The notes under the pieces: model-generated | Told to the model about the DNA's origin: nothing | Database searches by the model: none | The model's input: only the letters and a program-made list of their open reading frames with translations | Program-made: the position numbers and the translations under genes | Shown: piece after piece, positions 35,163-43,198 of the stretch | How the letters are laid out: every line of letters begins with the position of its first letter | Numbering within the stretch: the stretch's first letter is position 1 | Origin: an uncultured Thermoplasmata archaeon | GTDB lineage: Archaea > Thermoplasmatota > Thermoplasmata > Lutacidiplasmatales > UBA184 | Assembly: GCA_963719635.1 (NCBI GenBank) | Contig: CAVRCS010000005.1 | Span: 72,455-136,454 of the forward strand | DNA: 64,000 nt | Direction of reading: 5' to 3'

Positions 35163-35528
35163 TCAGTTCAACCTTGGGTGGACCCAAGCTACCGTCACGC
35201 CGAGCGATATCATCGTCCGCTTGAACGACCTTCGGATCTTGTCGACGTTGTCGAAATCTAACCAGCCGAAAATCCCTTTGTAGGTCGAGACGATTTCGAC
35301 CACGGTCGTTCCGCCTTCGTCGGGGTGGAGACGGATTACCAGGCGGTCGCCCCACATGGAAAGCAGGCGGGGAGCGGCTTCCGCCTCGATGCCATCGTCC
35401 GTCCAGCGGACGGTACTGTCCGCTACCTCGATCCCCGCTCCCGCGAGAATCGAGGGGAGGGCCGGCAGCAGACGCTCCGGGCTCCGGAACACGAGAAGAC
35501 TGTCGCGAATCATATCCAAGAGCCCCAA
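35163..35528 (-). CDS. hypothetical protein (island)
   Basis: 121-aa ORF with ordinary composition and no recognised domain. Confidence 0.5.
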   Translation of the reverse strand: MGLLDMIRDSLLVFRSPERLLPALPSILAGAGIEVADSTVRWTDDGIEAEAAPRLLSMWGDRLVIRLHPDEGGTTVVEIVSTYKGIFGWLDFDNVDKIRRSFKRTMISLGVTVAWVHPRLN

Positions 35529-35830
35529 GGGTCCGGCTGTGGCTGGGGTGGGGGATGACGGACGGCATCGTACAGGCGCTCCAGTTCATCGACGGCTTCG
35601 ACCGGATGACTTGCGGCCCAGGCGAGCCAGTCGGCGGCGGCCTCCGTGGAATCGCGTTCAAGCCCGGGGCACATGCGCTTCGCTTTCCGCCGAAGTTTCC
35701 TGGACTCGTTCCGCGCCTTCCAGACGAGGAGAAGCCCGGCAGCCAGTCGTGGGAGCGACCGATGATCGGTCGAAGGCGGGGATGGATTCGCAGCGATGAG
35801 CCAAGGGCCGGGTTGTGGATTATTCCACAT
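35510..35830 (-). CDS. hypothetical protein (island)
   Basis: ATG at 35830 within listed ORF 35510..36112. Helical C-terminal part (EAAADWLAWAASHPVEAVDELERLYDAVRH). Overlaps the downstream gene by 19 nt. Confidence 0.35.
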   Translation of the reverse strand: MWNNPQPGPWLIAANPSPPSTDHRSLPRLAAGLLLVWKARNESRKLRRKAKRMCPGLERDSTEAAADWLAWAASHPVEAVDELERLYDAVRHPPPQPQPDPWGSWI

Positions 35831-35996
35831 TTGTCCGGGGATAGCGCTCGGCCTACTTCTACCGTTCCTCGGGGAGGAAACGCCTATTCGGAACCCGTTT
35901 CGAACTTGAACACCGTGAGGTTCAGGTCCCGAGTTGTTACGGGAGGGGTTTCGGCGGAGGAGGGGGGTCATAAAGACCCGATAAAGTGACAGAGCC

Positions 35997-36007
35997 GGTC
36001 GGAACGG
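35997..36007 (+). repeat. 11-bp direct repeat GGTCGGAACGG, right island boundary copy
   Basis: Exact copy of 22835..22845; lies 16 nt beyond the SRP RNA 3' end. Confidence 0.4.
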
Positions 36008-36022
36008 CGGCCGCCCCGGTGT

Positions 36023-36333
36023 GCTAGGCCAGCAGGATTGCCGTCCGGACGGACCGCACGGAGACCCCGCGCGCCCCTCGGCCCCGTCACCCCGCCAGCG
36101 TCGACGGGTCACGGTAAGGCTGCTCCCGTCAGGACCTGACCCGGTGCCCGTGATGGTTACCCGCTAGAGCGCTCCTCCGAGCGCCCGTCGCGGGACCCGC
36201 GGCCCGACGGAACAGAGCGTCTACGGAGCCACGCGGGACGCGCGACCCCTCCGAACGTCGCTCCTGCCTGTCACCCCCGCTAAGGACGGTTTCGGTGTGT
36301 AAGGGGACGCCCAACCCCCCGGTCAAGCCTAGC
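36023..36333 (-). ncRNA. archaeal signal recognition particle RNA (7S/SRP RNA), ~311 nt
   Basis: Minus strand has the helix-8 core GGGUCAGGUCC-UGAC-GGGAGCAGCC (36117-36141). It has an Alu-domain stretch, CUAGGCUUGACCGGGGGGUUGGGCGUCCCCUUACACACCGAAACCG, resembling archaeal SRP RNAs, and a helix-6-like hairpin GCGCUC-GGAG-GAGCGC. The 5' GCUAGGC pairs with the 3' GCCUAGC. A TAAGTA box sits ~25 nt upstream. Confidence 0.85.
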
Positions 36334-36424
36334 GGAAGAAAGCACGGGGGGCCCCTACTTAGGCCTTCGCCCGGGCGGGGGACGGGCGCCGACCGTCCCC
36401 CGGCCCCCCAGGGCCCGCCCGGGA

Positions 36425-36502
36425 CTAGCAGCCGTCGGGGCAGCAGTCCGGGCAACAGGTCGTCGGGTCGCAGCAGCCCTGCGCGCAACACGCGTCGGTC
36501 AT
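36425..36502 (-). CDS. 25-aa cysteine-rich peptide (9 Cys; metallothionein-like)
   Basis: ATG preceded by GGTGGAGGGATC (strong SD). Product MTDACCAQGCCDPTTCCPDCCPDGC. Divergent from the HxlR gene 60 nt away. Confidence 0.45.
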   Translation of the reverse strand: MTDACCAQGCCDPTTCCPDCCPDGC

Positions 36503-36540
36503 GATCCCTCCACCGCTACAATATCTGAAGGAGTCATAAG

Positions 36541-36559
36541 CCGCCGCTACGTACGGCGG
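36541..36559. promoter_or_regulatory. inverted repeat CCGCCG-N7-CGGCGG immediately upstream of HxlR start
   Basis: 6-bp arms around a CTACGTA core, in the 59-nt divergent intergenic region, which also has a TACAATATC AT-rich box. Confidence 0.3.
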
Positions 36560-36561
36560 TA

Positions 36562-36888
36562 GTGCCGAGCGGCTGCCCGGACGAACTCGAATGTCCCTGC
36601 CCGCCTGTCGGGCTGATCGATATCGTCGGGAAGAAGTGGGCCGTCTGCGTCGTCTCGCTGCTCGGGCGGTACGGCACGGTCCGCTTCGGACCGATCCAGC
36701 GGTGCCTCTCCGGGGTCAGCCCGGCGACGCTCACCGCCACCCTCCGCGCGCTGGAGCGGGCCCGCCTCGTGCGCCGACCGGCGGCCGACGGTCCCCGCGG
36801 TCCGGTCCGGGCGTACGCGCTGACCCCCGCCGGCCTCACCCTCTACGAGCGGATCCGTCCTCTCGCCGCGTGGCTCCGTCAGGCGTAG
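36562..36888 (+). CDS. HxlR-family transcriptional regulator with Cys-rich N-terminus
   Basis: CPDELECPCPPVGLIDIVGKKWAVCVVSLLGRYGTVRFGPIQRCLSGVSPATLTATLRALERARLV. Confidence 0.8.
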   Translation: MPSGCPDELECPCPPVGLIDIVGKKWAVCVVSLLGRYGTVRFGPIQRCLSGVSPATLTATLRALERARLVRRPAADGPRGPVRAYALTPAGLTLYERIRPLAAWLRQA

Positions 36889-37000
36889 GCCGGTCGCCCT
36901 CCCGCGGACCCGTCCCCCGCCCGCGGAAGCTACCGGAGCCGAACGGGCGCAGCGGGCCCGGCGGAGAGTACGGCTCGGAGACGTGCCGGCGGAGGCGGGC

Positions 37001-39280
37001 CTAGCGGATGTGCTCGAGGCTGAACGAGCCGAGGTTGAACGCCCGCTTCGTGAACGTGTAGCCGATCCAACTGCGCGCCTGCGCCTCGCCAAGGCCGCGG
37101 ACCGCGAGGAACGTCTTCATCTGCTCGAGCTTGAGGTTCACCGAGCCGTCGACCATGTGCTCGAGCGTCTCCAGGTCCGCCTCCGAGTGCATCCCGCTCT
37201 CGAGCTCGTAGTAGCCGACCGCGCCGTCCAGCTTGCGCCGGCCGATGAACGGCTGGAGGAACCGGAACGTCGCCGCGGTGTCGAGGTAGGCGGTCATCGT
37301 CGAGACGGACTCGAAGATCAGGCGGTACGTCGGCGCCTTCTCCTTCAGCTGCTCGGCGTAGCTGTCGATCGCCCGGGAGAGCTGGTCGAGCACCCCGCGG
37401 TCGTTGGACGAGAGGAAGCGGACCCCCGGCACCGACGCCGAGGCGCCGACCGCGAGCGAGTACAGGTCGACGAACCGCAGCAGGCCCTTCTGCTCGGCGT
37501 CCGGGAGGCCGGGGTACAGCTGGGCGAGGTCGTCGCGGACCTGGCTGTACGTCTTGTCGGTGACGACCCAGATCGACGGGATCCCCTGGCGCAGCCCGTC
37601 GACCGAGAAGAGCCGCGCCAGCACGTCCTTGCCGGAGTGCGCCGGGCCGTTGACGAGGAGCTGCATGCCGGCGACGTAGCCGCCGTAGAGGAGGTCGTCC
37701 AACCGGCGGACGCCGCTGTGGACCCGCGCGACGGCCGAGTCCGCGACGCTGTTGGCGTGCATCCGGTCCGCTTCGGCGGTGGCGGCGGTGCCGGCCAGCC
37801 GCTCGACCTCGCGGGCCCGCTCGGCCAGCAGGCTTTCGCGGTTGCGCAGTTCGTCCTCCTTCTTCGCGAGCTCCTGCCGCAGCTGCTCCAGCCGCTCGTC
37901 CTTGCTCGCCTTCCCGACGGAGCCGACGCCAAGCTCGCGGCGGGTCTGCTCGAGCCGCTGCGCCTCGAGGTCGAGCGCGGCGCGCCGGCTCTCGAGCTGC
38001 TGGTCGTAGGACGCGAGCTCCCGCTCCTTGAACTCGAGCGGGGCGCGCTTGCGCTCGTTCTCCTCGGAGACGATGCGGATCTCCTCGAACTTCGTGCGGA
38101 GCTCGTTCTCGCGGGCGACCAGGTCGCGCTCCCGCTGGCTCGCCGTGGCGAGTCGGCGGTTCGCTTCGGCGTCGACGGTCGCCGCCGGGTGGCTCGTCGC
38201 CCGGTCGTGGGAGCGGGACTGCTCGAGCTCGGAGGAGAGCCGGCGGCTCTCCCCCTCGAGGTGGACGACGCGCCGTCGCAGCTCGGTCTCGCGCTCGATG
38301 AACTGCTGCTCCCGGACGGCGAACTCCTCCCGCTGCCGGGGGTCGGCCCCAACGGCGTCCGCGGGGTCGCTGCGCGGCTCCGGTCCCGCGGCGGGAGCGC
38401 CAGGCTCCGGGCGCGGTCCTTCGCCGCCGCCGTCAACGGAGGCGAGGCGTTCGCGCAGGCGCGCGATCTCCTCCTCGTGCGTCTTGAGGGCGGTCTCGCG
38501 CTCCTTCGCTTCCCGGGAGCGGACGTACTTGATCACGGCGATCGAGCCCCGCTTGACGTGCTCGACCTGGTCCTCGAGCTGCTTGCGCTTCGCCCGCTCG
38601 TCGAACAGCTGGCGCTGGAGGTCCTGGACCTCCTGGATCATCGACGCCGGGTCGAACTGCTCGCTCTTGACGCGGTCGAGCAGGCCGGTGAGCCAACGGA
38701 CGACCGTCTCCTCCCGCTGGTAGACGGTCGGCGAGACGGCCGCCTCGGTGGACGCGGCCCCCGACGGCGCTTCACGCACGGGGGCGGGCGCGGGGGCCGG
38801 CGGCGCGCCGGACGGCGCGGTCTCCGACGAGCGGATCCAATCCTCCATCGCCCGGTCGTCCCCTTCGACCCAGCGACGCAGGACGTCCGCGGACGCCTTG
38901 CCGCTGGGGGCGAGCTTCGGGCGGCGGCTCCGCTCCGCCTTTGAGACCGAGCCGACCCAGCGCTCGACGATCTGGTCGGCGTTCGCCGCGGCGGCGCCGC
39001 CCGCGGACTGGGCGATCGCGTCGCGGTCGGACGAGCCGAGGCCGAGCCGGCGAAGCTCTTCGGCGGAGAGCGACCGCGCCGAGTCGGGGCTGTCGTGGCC
39101 GGCCTCGATCAGCCGGCGCGCCCCGTCGGCGCTTACGCCCAGGGCGTGGGCAAGGTCACTGGCGCGCGACCCCGTCGACTCCGCGACGGGCGCCGCCCCC
39201 TCGGCGGTACCGTCCATAGGACCGGGAACGTAACTAGCGGGACGGGGGTCATAATACGTCCCCCGGAGGCCGGGCGCCAC
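37001..39280 (-). CDS. coiled-coil protein with C-terminal KaiC/RecA-superfamily (COG0467-like) ATPase domain
   Basis: ~350 aa of heptad-like E/R/L-rich sequence. The C-terminal SGVRRLDDLLYGGYVAGMQLLVNGPAHSGKDVLARLF has a Walker A with Asp after the GK, then IWVVTD, YRLIFESVS. Confidence 0.7.
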   Translation of the reverse strand: MAPGLRGTYYDPRPASYVPGPMDGTAEGAAPVAESTGSRASDLAHALGVSADGARRLIEAGHDSPDSARSLSAEELRRLGLGSSDRDAIAQSAGGAAAANADQIVERWVGSVSKAERSRRPKLAPSGKASADVLRRWVEGDDRAMEDWIRSSETAPSGAPPAPAPAPVREAPSGAASTEAAVSPTVYQREETVVRWLTGLLDRVKSEQFDPASMIQEVQDLQRQLFDERAKRKQLEDQVEHVKRGSIAVIKYVRSREAKERETALKTHEEEIARLRERLASVDGGGEGPRPEPGAPAAGPEPRSDPADAVGADPRQREEFAVREQQFIERETELRRRVVHLEGESRRLSSELEQSRSHDRATSHPAATVDAEANRRLATASQRERDLVARENELRTKFEEIRIVSEENERKRAPLEFKERELASYDQQLESRRAALDLEAQRLEQTRRELGVGSVGKASKDERLEQLRQELAKKEDELRNRESLLAERAREVERLAGTAATAEADRMHANSVADSAVARVHSGVRRLDDLLYGGYVAGMQLLVNGPAHSGKDVLARLFSVDGLRQGIPSIWVVTDKTYSQVRDDLAQLYPGLPDAEQKGLLRFVDLYSLAVGASASVPGVRFLSSNDRGVLDQLSRAIDSYAEQLKEKAPTYRLIFESVSTMTAYLDTAATFRFLQPFIGRRKLDGAVGYYELESGMHSEADLETLEHMVDGSVNLKLEQMKTFLAVRGLGEAQARSWIGYTFTKRAFNLGSFSLEHIR

Positions 39281-39339
39281 CGAGAGGGCGGCCGGCGTGG
39301 ACCGGACCGTCCCTTTATACCGGCGACCCTCGGACCGGT

Positions 39340-40413
39340 GTGGACACGGAGGCGCGCGTCGCGCGGATCGCGCGGGAGACCGTCGAGGTGCTCACCCCCG
39401 ACGAGCTCCGGGCGCTCGTCGCGCGCAGCGACAGCCCACGGGCGTACATCGGCTTCGAGCCGAGCGGCTCGCTCACGATCGCGCACCTGATCACGGCCCG
39501 CAAGATCATCGACCTCGCCGAAGCGGGGTGTGACGTCACCGTCTTCCTCGCCGACTGGCACGCGTGGATCAACGACAAGCTCGGCGGCGACCTCGACAGG
39601 ATCCGCGCCGCCGGCCGCACGATGGAGGCGACGTTCCGGGCGCTCGGCGCCGACCGCCCGAACGTTCGGTTCCGCTGGGCCCAGGAGCTGACCGCGCGCT
39701 CGGAGTACTGGGCGCGGGTCGTGCGGGTCGCAAAGGCGACCTCGCTCGCCCGGACCCGGCGCGCGATGTCGATCATGGGGCGGGCGGAGGACGAGCCGAA
39801 CCTCGACACCGCGAAGCTGTTCTACCCTTCGATGCAGGCGGCGGACATCTTCGAGTTGCCGGTCGAGCTCGCTTACGGCGGGATGGACCAGCGGCGGGCG
39901 CACGTCCTCGCACGCGAGGTCGCGCACCACCACGGCTGGCCGGTCCCGGCGGCGATCCACACCCCGCTCCTCTCCTCCCTGCGCGGAGGGGCCCGCATGG
40001 ACCCGGTCGAAGGGATCGTCGAGGGGAAGATGTCGAAATCCGACCCGGGGTCGTCGATCCGCCTGCCGTCCTCCCGCGAGGAGATCGCCGCCAAGCTCGG
40101 CTCCGCGTTCTGCCCGGCCCGCGAGGTCGACGGCAACCCGGTCGTCGAGGCGGTGCGGTACCTCGTCTTCCCGTGGGAGGGCCAGCTCGCGGTCGAGCGG
40201 GCCCCCCAGCACGGAGGCCCGGTGGCGTTCGAGGCGTACGACGCGTTCGAGGCCGCCTGGAAGGACGGGCGGCTACACCCGCAGGACCTGAAGGGGGCGG
40301 TCGCCGCGTCGATCGACCGGCTTACCGAGCCCGTGCGGCGCCGCTTCGCCGCGCAGCCGGAGCTCGCGCCGCCCGCGCCCGACCCCGCCGGGCGGAGCGG
40401 CGCGCCCGCGTAG
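39340..40413 (+). CDS. tyrS: tyrosine--tRNA ligase (archaeal type)
   Basis: AYIGFEPSGSLTIAHL, FLADWHAW, YPSMQAADI, GGMDQRRAHVLAREV, KMSKS, AFCPAREVDGNPV. Colinear with M. jannaschii TyrRS from memory. Confidence 0.9.
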   Translation: MDTEARVARIARETVEVLTPDELRALVARSDSPRAYIGFEPSGSLTIAHLITARKIIDLAEAGCDVTVFLADWHAWINDKLGGDLDRIRAAGRTMEATFRALGADRPNVRFRWAQELTARSEYWARVVRVAKATSLARTRRAMSIMGRAEDEPNLDTAKLFYPSMQAADIFELPVELAYGGMDQRRAHVLAREVAHHHGWPVPAAIHTPLLSSLRGGARMDPVEGIVEGKMSKSDPGSSIRLPSSREEIAAKLGSAFCPAREVDGNPVVEAVRYLVFPWEGQLAVERAPQHGGPVAFEAYDAFEAAWKDGRLHPQDLKGAVAASIDRLTEPVRRRFAAQPELAPPAPDPAGRSGAPA

Positions 40414-40476
40414 ACGTCCGGCGCCGGCCGTCCGCCGGCAGCGTTAAGTACACCGTCTCCTCCGAGGGAGCCCACC

Positions 40477-40510
40477 CGTGAGCCGAGGACCCTTCGGGGT
40501 TCCGCTGACG
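40477..40510 (+). promoter_or_regulatory. possible K-turn/K-loop-like hairpin in the L7Ae 5' leader
   Basis: CGUGAGCCGA-[GGACCC-UUCG-GGGUUC]-CGCUGACG: a 6-bp UUCG hairpin flanked by GUGA and CUGA, ending 9 nt before the rpl7ae ATG. Confidence 0.25.
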
Positions 40511-40519
40511 CGAGGAATC

Positions 40520-40891
40520 ATGGCGCGACCGATCTACGTGCGATTCGAGACCCCCGACGACCTCTCCGAGAAGGCCCTTCAGCTCGTCCAGGTGGCGAGC
40601 GAGACGGGCAAGATCCGGGTCGGCACGAACGAGGTTACGAAATCGAGCGAGCGCGCCGAGGCGAAGCTCGTCGTCATGGCCGAGGACGTCGACCCGGTCG
40701 AGATCCTCGTCCACGTGCCGATGCTCTGCGAGGAGAAGCGGATCCCGTACGTTTACGTCCCGAAGAAGCAGCGGTTGGGTCAGTCGGCCGGCCTCTCCAA
40801 GTCGGCGGCGAGCGTCGCGATCGTCGAGCCCGGCGAAGGGAAGGGGCTCTTGGACGAGCTCGCCGGCGCGTTCGCGAACCTGAAGAAGTAA
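40520..40891 (+). CDS. rpl7ae: 50S ribosomal protein L7Ae
   Basis: [56 protein letters not shown]. Confidence 0.93.
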   Translation: MARPIYVRFETPDDLSEKALQLVQVASETGKIRVGTNEVTKSSERAEAKLVVMAEDVDPVEILVHVPMLCEEKRIPYVYVPKKQRLGQSAGLSKSAASVAIVEPGEGKGLLDELAGAFANLKK

Positions 40892-40913
40892 GCCGCATCC
40901 CAGGAGCGCGTCG

Positions 40914-41126
40914 ATGCCCGAGGAGCGAGGGTCGCCGGCCGAGGTCGTCGAGCTCGTCGGCCGCACCGGCATGGCCGGGGAGGCGACCCAGGTGAAGGTC
41001 CGCGTACTCGCCGGGCGCGACCGCGGGAAGATCATCACGCGGAACGTCGCGGGCCCGATCCGGCTCGGGGATGTGCTCATCCTGCGCGAGACGGCCCGCG
41101 AGGCGCGCAAGCTCTCCGTCCGGTAG
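40914..41126 (+). CDS. rps28e: 30S ribosomal protein S28e
   Basis: [59 protein letters not shown]. Confidence 0.93.
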   Translation: MPEERGSPAEVVELVGRTGMAGEATQVKVRVLAGRDRGKIITRNVAGPIRLGDVLILRETAREARKLSVR

Positions 41127-41135
41127 CGAGGACCG

Positions 41136-41600
41136 ATGGTCGCGAAGCGCCAGTGCTCGTTCTGCGCCGAGGAGATCGAGCCCGGCACCGGTACGATGTT
41201 CGTCAAGCGCGACGGGACCGTCTTCCAGTTCTGCTCGTCTTCGTGCCGCAAGCAGCAGCTCCGCCTCGGGCGCCTCGGCCACCGGCTGAAGTGGACCCGC
41301 GCGTACTCGCTCAAGAAGGCCGCCGAACGGTCGAGCGCCGGGCGCCTCGCGGCCGCGCGGCCCGCACCGGCAGCCGTCCGCGCGTCCCCCAAGCCGCCGG
41401 CGGCGCCGTCGGAACCGCCCGCCACTGCGGCCGCCGCGGTGCCGGCAGCCCCTCCGAAGGCTCCGGCGAAGTCCGGGGCGAAGGGTCCCGCAAGGGCCCC
41501 GACGAAGCCCGCCGCGAAGTCCGCTCCAAAAGCAGCCGCCAAGCCGGCCACCAAGGCGGAGCCGAAGCCGGACGCCGACGCCGCCGAACCCGACGCCTAG
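41136..41600 (+). CDS. rpl24e: 50S ribosomal protein L24e with ~85-aa Ala/Pro/Lys-rich C-terminal extension
   Basis: CSFCAEEIEPGTGTMFVKRDGTVFQFCSSSCRKQ is the L24e zinc-ribbon core, followed by AAPSEPPATAAAAVPAAPPKAPAKSGAKGPARAPTKPAAKSAPKAAAKPATKAEPKP. Confidence 0.85.
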   Translation: MVAKRQCSFCAEEIEPGTGTMFVKRDGTVFQFCSSSCRKQQLRLGRLGHRLKWTRAYSLKKAAERSSAGRLAAARPAPAAVRASPKPPAAPSEPPATAAAAVPAAPPKAPAKSGAKGPARAPTKPAAKSAPKAAAKPATKAEPKPDADAAEPDA

Positions 41601-41655
41601 TCCAACCCCGCGCGTCGAACGGAAGCTGTAAGGGCCGGCTCTCCGGCCCACCTTC

Positions 41656-42455
41656 GTGCCCGACCGCGACGGCTGGACCTCCCCGAGCGAGCTCGCCGAG
41701 TACGCGTTCTGCCCCCGCGCCCTCCACTATCGGCAGACACGCGGTCCCGCTCCGCCGTCCCGCTCGGCGGACGCGGGGACGGCGTACCACGGTGACCGGC
41801 TTTCGGCCGAGCGGTGGCGCGCGGAGCACCCGGGCCTGCCGTGGGCGGTCGTGCTGGTCGGCGGGCTGCTCGTCGTCGTCGCGCTTCTGGCGGCGTTCGG
41901 GGTCCGGTGACCGACCTCCTCCCGTGGGTGCTCTTCGGTGTCGGTGTCGCCGCGGTCGCCGCGGGGGCCGTCTCGATAGGGCGGAGCCGCCCCGAACGGC
42001 GGCTCGGCGCCCTCGTCTCGGTCGACGTCGGACCGTCCCGCGCGTTGCGCTCGGAGCGGTACCGCCTTGTCGGGCGACCGGACGCCGTGCGGCGCCGCGC
42101 GGACGGCGCCTCCGTGCCGGTCGAGCTGAAGCATCGCGCGTGCCCGCCGGCGGGACCGTTCCCGTCCCACACCGTCCAGCTCGCCGCCTACCTTCTGCTG
42201 CTCGAGGAGACGACCGGCGTGCCGCCCCCGTTCGGCGTCCTGCGGTACACGGACCGCGAGGTGATCGTCCGATGGGACGCGCCCCTGCGTCGCCGCCTCT
42301 TCCGCCTCCTTGCGGAGGTCCGGGCGGAGTACGACGGACGCGCCGACCCGTCGCCGGCGAAGTGCGCCGGCTGCGCCTGGTCCCCCGGATGCGACGCGTC
42401 CCTCGCCGGCCGGGGCTACGGCGTGCGTCGCGCAACGTACACGTCGGTGCGGTAG
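41656..42455 (+). CDS. Cas4/DUF83-like PD-(D/E)xK nuclease with inserted TM hairpin (split at GTGA 41907-41910, or frameshift in G4 run 41899-41902)
   Basis: N-terminal SELAEYAFCPRALHY, two TM helices (LPWAVVLVGGLLVVVALLAAFG; LLPWVLFGVGVAAVAAGAVSI), GRPDAV...VPVELK, QLAAY, C-terminal KCAGCAWSPGC (CX2CX5C). Confidence 0.7.
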
Positions 42456-43198
42456 GGGAAGTCGACCGTCACCCGCCCCGCGGTGTCGGGGTCGTCGTTG
42501 AGCATCCGGCGCACCGCGCGGGCGACCTCCCTCTGCCGCGCCGGACGGAGCACCGCGACCCCGCTGACCGAGAGGACCCGGTCGACGACCGTCTCCCGTC
42601 GCAGGCGCGCCGAGTGGCGGAACCGGCGATACCGCAGCGGGCCGAACCCGGCACGGTCCCGGTCGAACCGTGCCTGCCAGCCGGTCTCCTTGGCGTGGGC
42701 GATCGACGCCCCCGACGCGTCCAGGATCTCGGTGATCTTCCGGGAGAACGGCACGCGGTCGTCGCGCACGTTCCACAGGAGCCCGAGCCCCCCGCCGGGC
42801 CGGACGACCCGGGCGATCTCGCGCAGGGCAGGGCGGCTCCGGAACCAGTGGAACGCCTGACCGACGACGACCGCGTCGGCGAACCGGTCTGGCAACGGGA
42901 TCGCCTCCGCGGTGCCGGGGATCACCGGGATGTCGGGGAGCGTCCGCTGGAACACCCGCCGCATCCCGTCCGTCGGCTCGACCGCGACGATGGCGGCGCC
43001 GAACGGGCGGATCCCGCGGGTCAGCTTACCGGTGCCGCTGGCGAGGTCGACGACCGTCCGGCCCGGACCGAGGCCGAGCTGCCGGGCGACGAACCGCAGC
43101 GCCGTCACCGGGTAGGCGGGCCGGCTCCGCTCGTACCGCTCCGCGGACCGGTCGAAGCCGTGGACGGCCGGGTGGAGCCGGAACCGCCTCCGCGTCAC
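42416..43198 (-). CDS. class I SAM-dependent methyltransferase (Methyltransf_11-like)
   Basis: TVVDLASGTGKLT and AVVVGQAFHWF. The GTG at 43198 overlaps the upstream TGA (GTGA). Confidence 0.7.
   Translation of the reverse strand: MTRRRFRLHPAVHGFDRSAERYERSRPAYPVTALRFVARQLGLGPGRTVVDLASGTGKLTRGIRPFGAAIVAVEPTDGMRRVFQRTLPDIPVIPGTAEAIPLPDRFADAVVVGQAFHWFRSRPALREIARVVRPGGGLGLLWNVRDDRVPFSRKITEILDASGASIAHAKETGWQARFDRDRAGFGPLRYRRFRHSARLRRETVVDRVLSVSGVAVLRPARQREVARAVRRMLNDDPDTAGRVTVDFPYRTDVYVARRTP

Larger units (their letters stand above)
22800..36010. other. lower-GC accessory (defence/mobile) island
   Basis: Clear compositional drop relative to flanks. Cargo: two IS transposases, R-M system, helicase module, small wHTH/AbrB genes, membrane proteins. 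No integrase seen. Right edge lies ~16 nt past the SRP RNA 3' end. Confidence 0.7.

Noticed and set aside
33780-35165. Terminal inverted repeats for the IS6-like element
   Set aside because: Only an 8-nt ACCGAAG(A/G) match was found between the flanks, too short to support element boundaries.
36129-36491. 120-aa minus-strand ORF downstream of the Cys-rich peptide
   Set aside because: It overlaps the SRP RNA gene almost completely and has G/P/R-rich composition.
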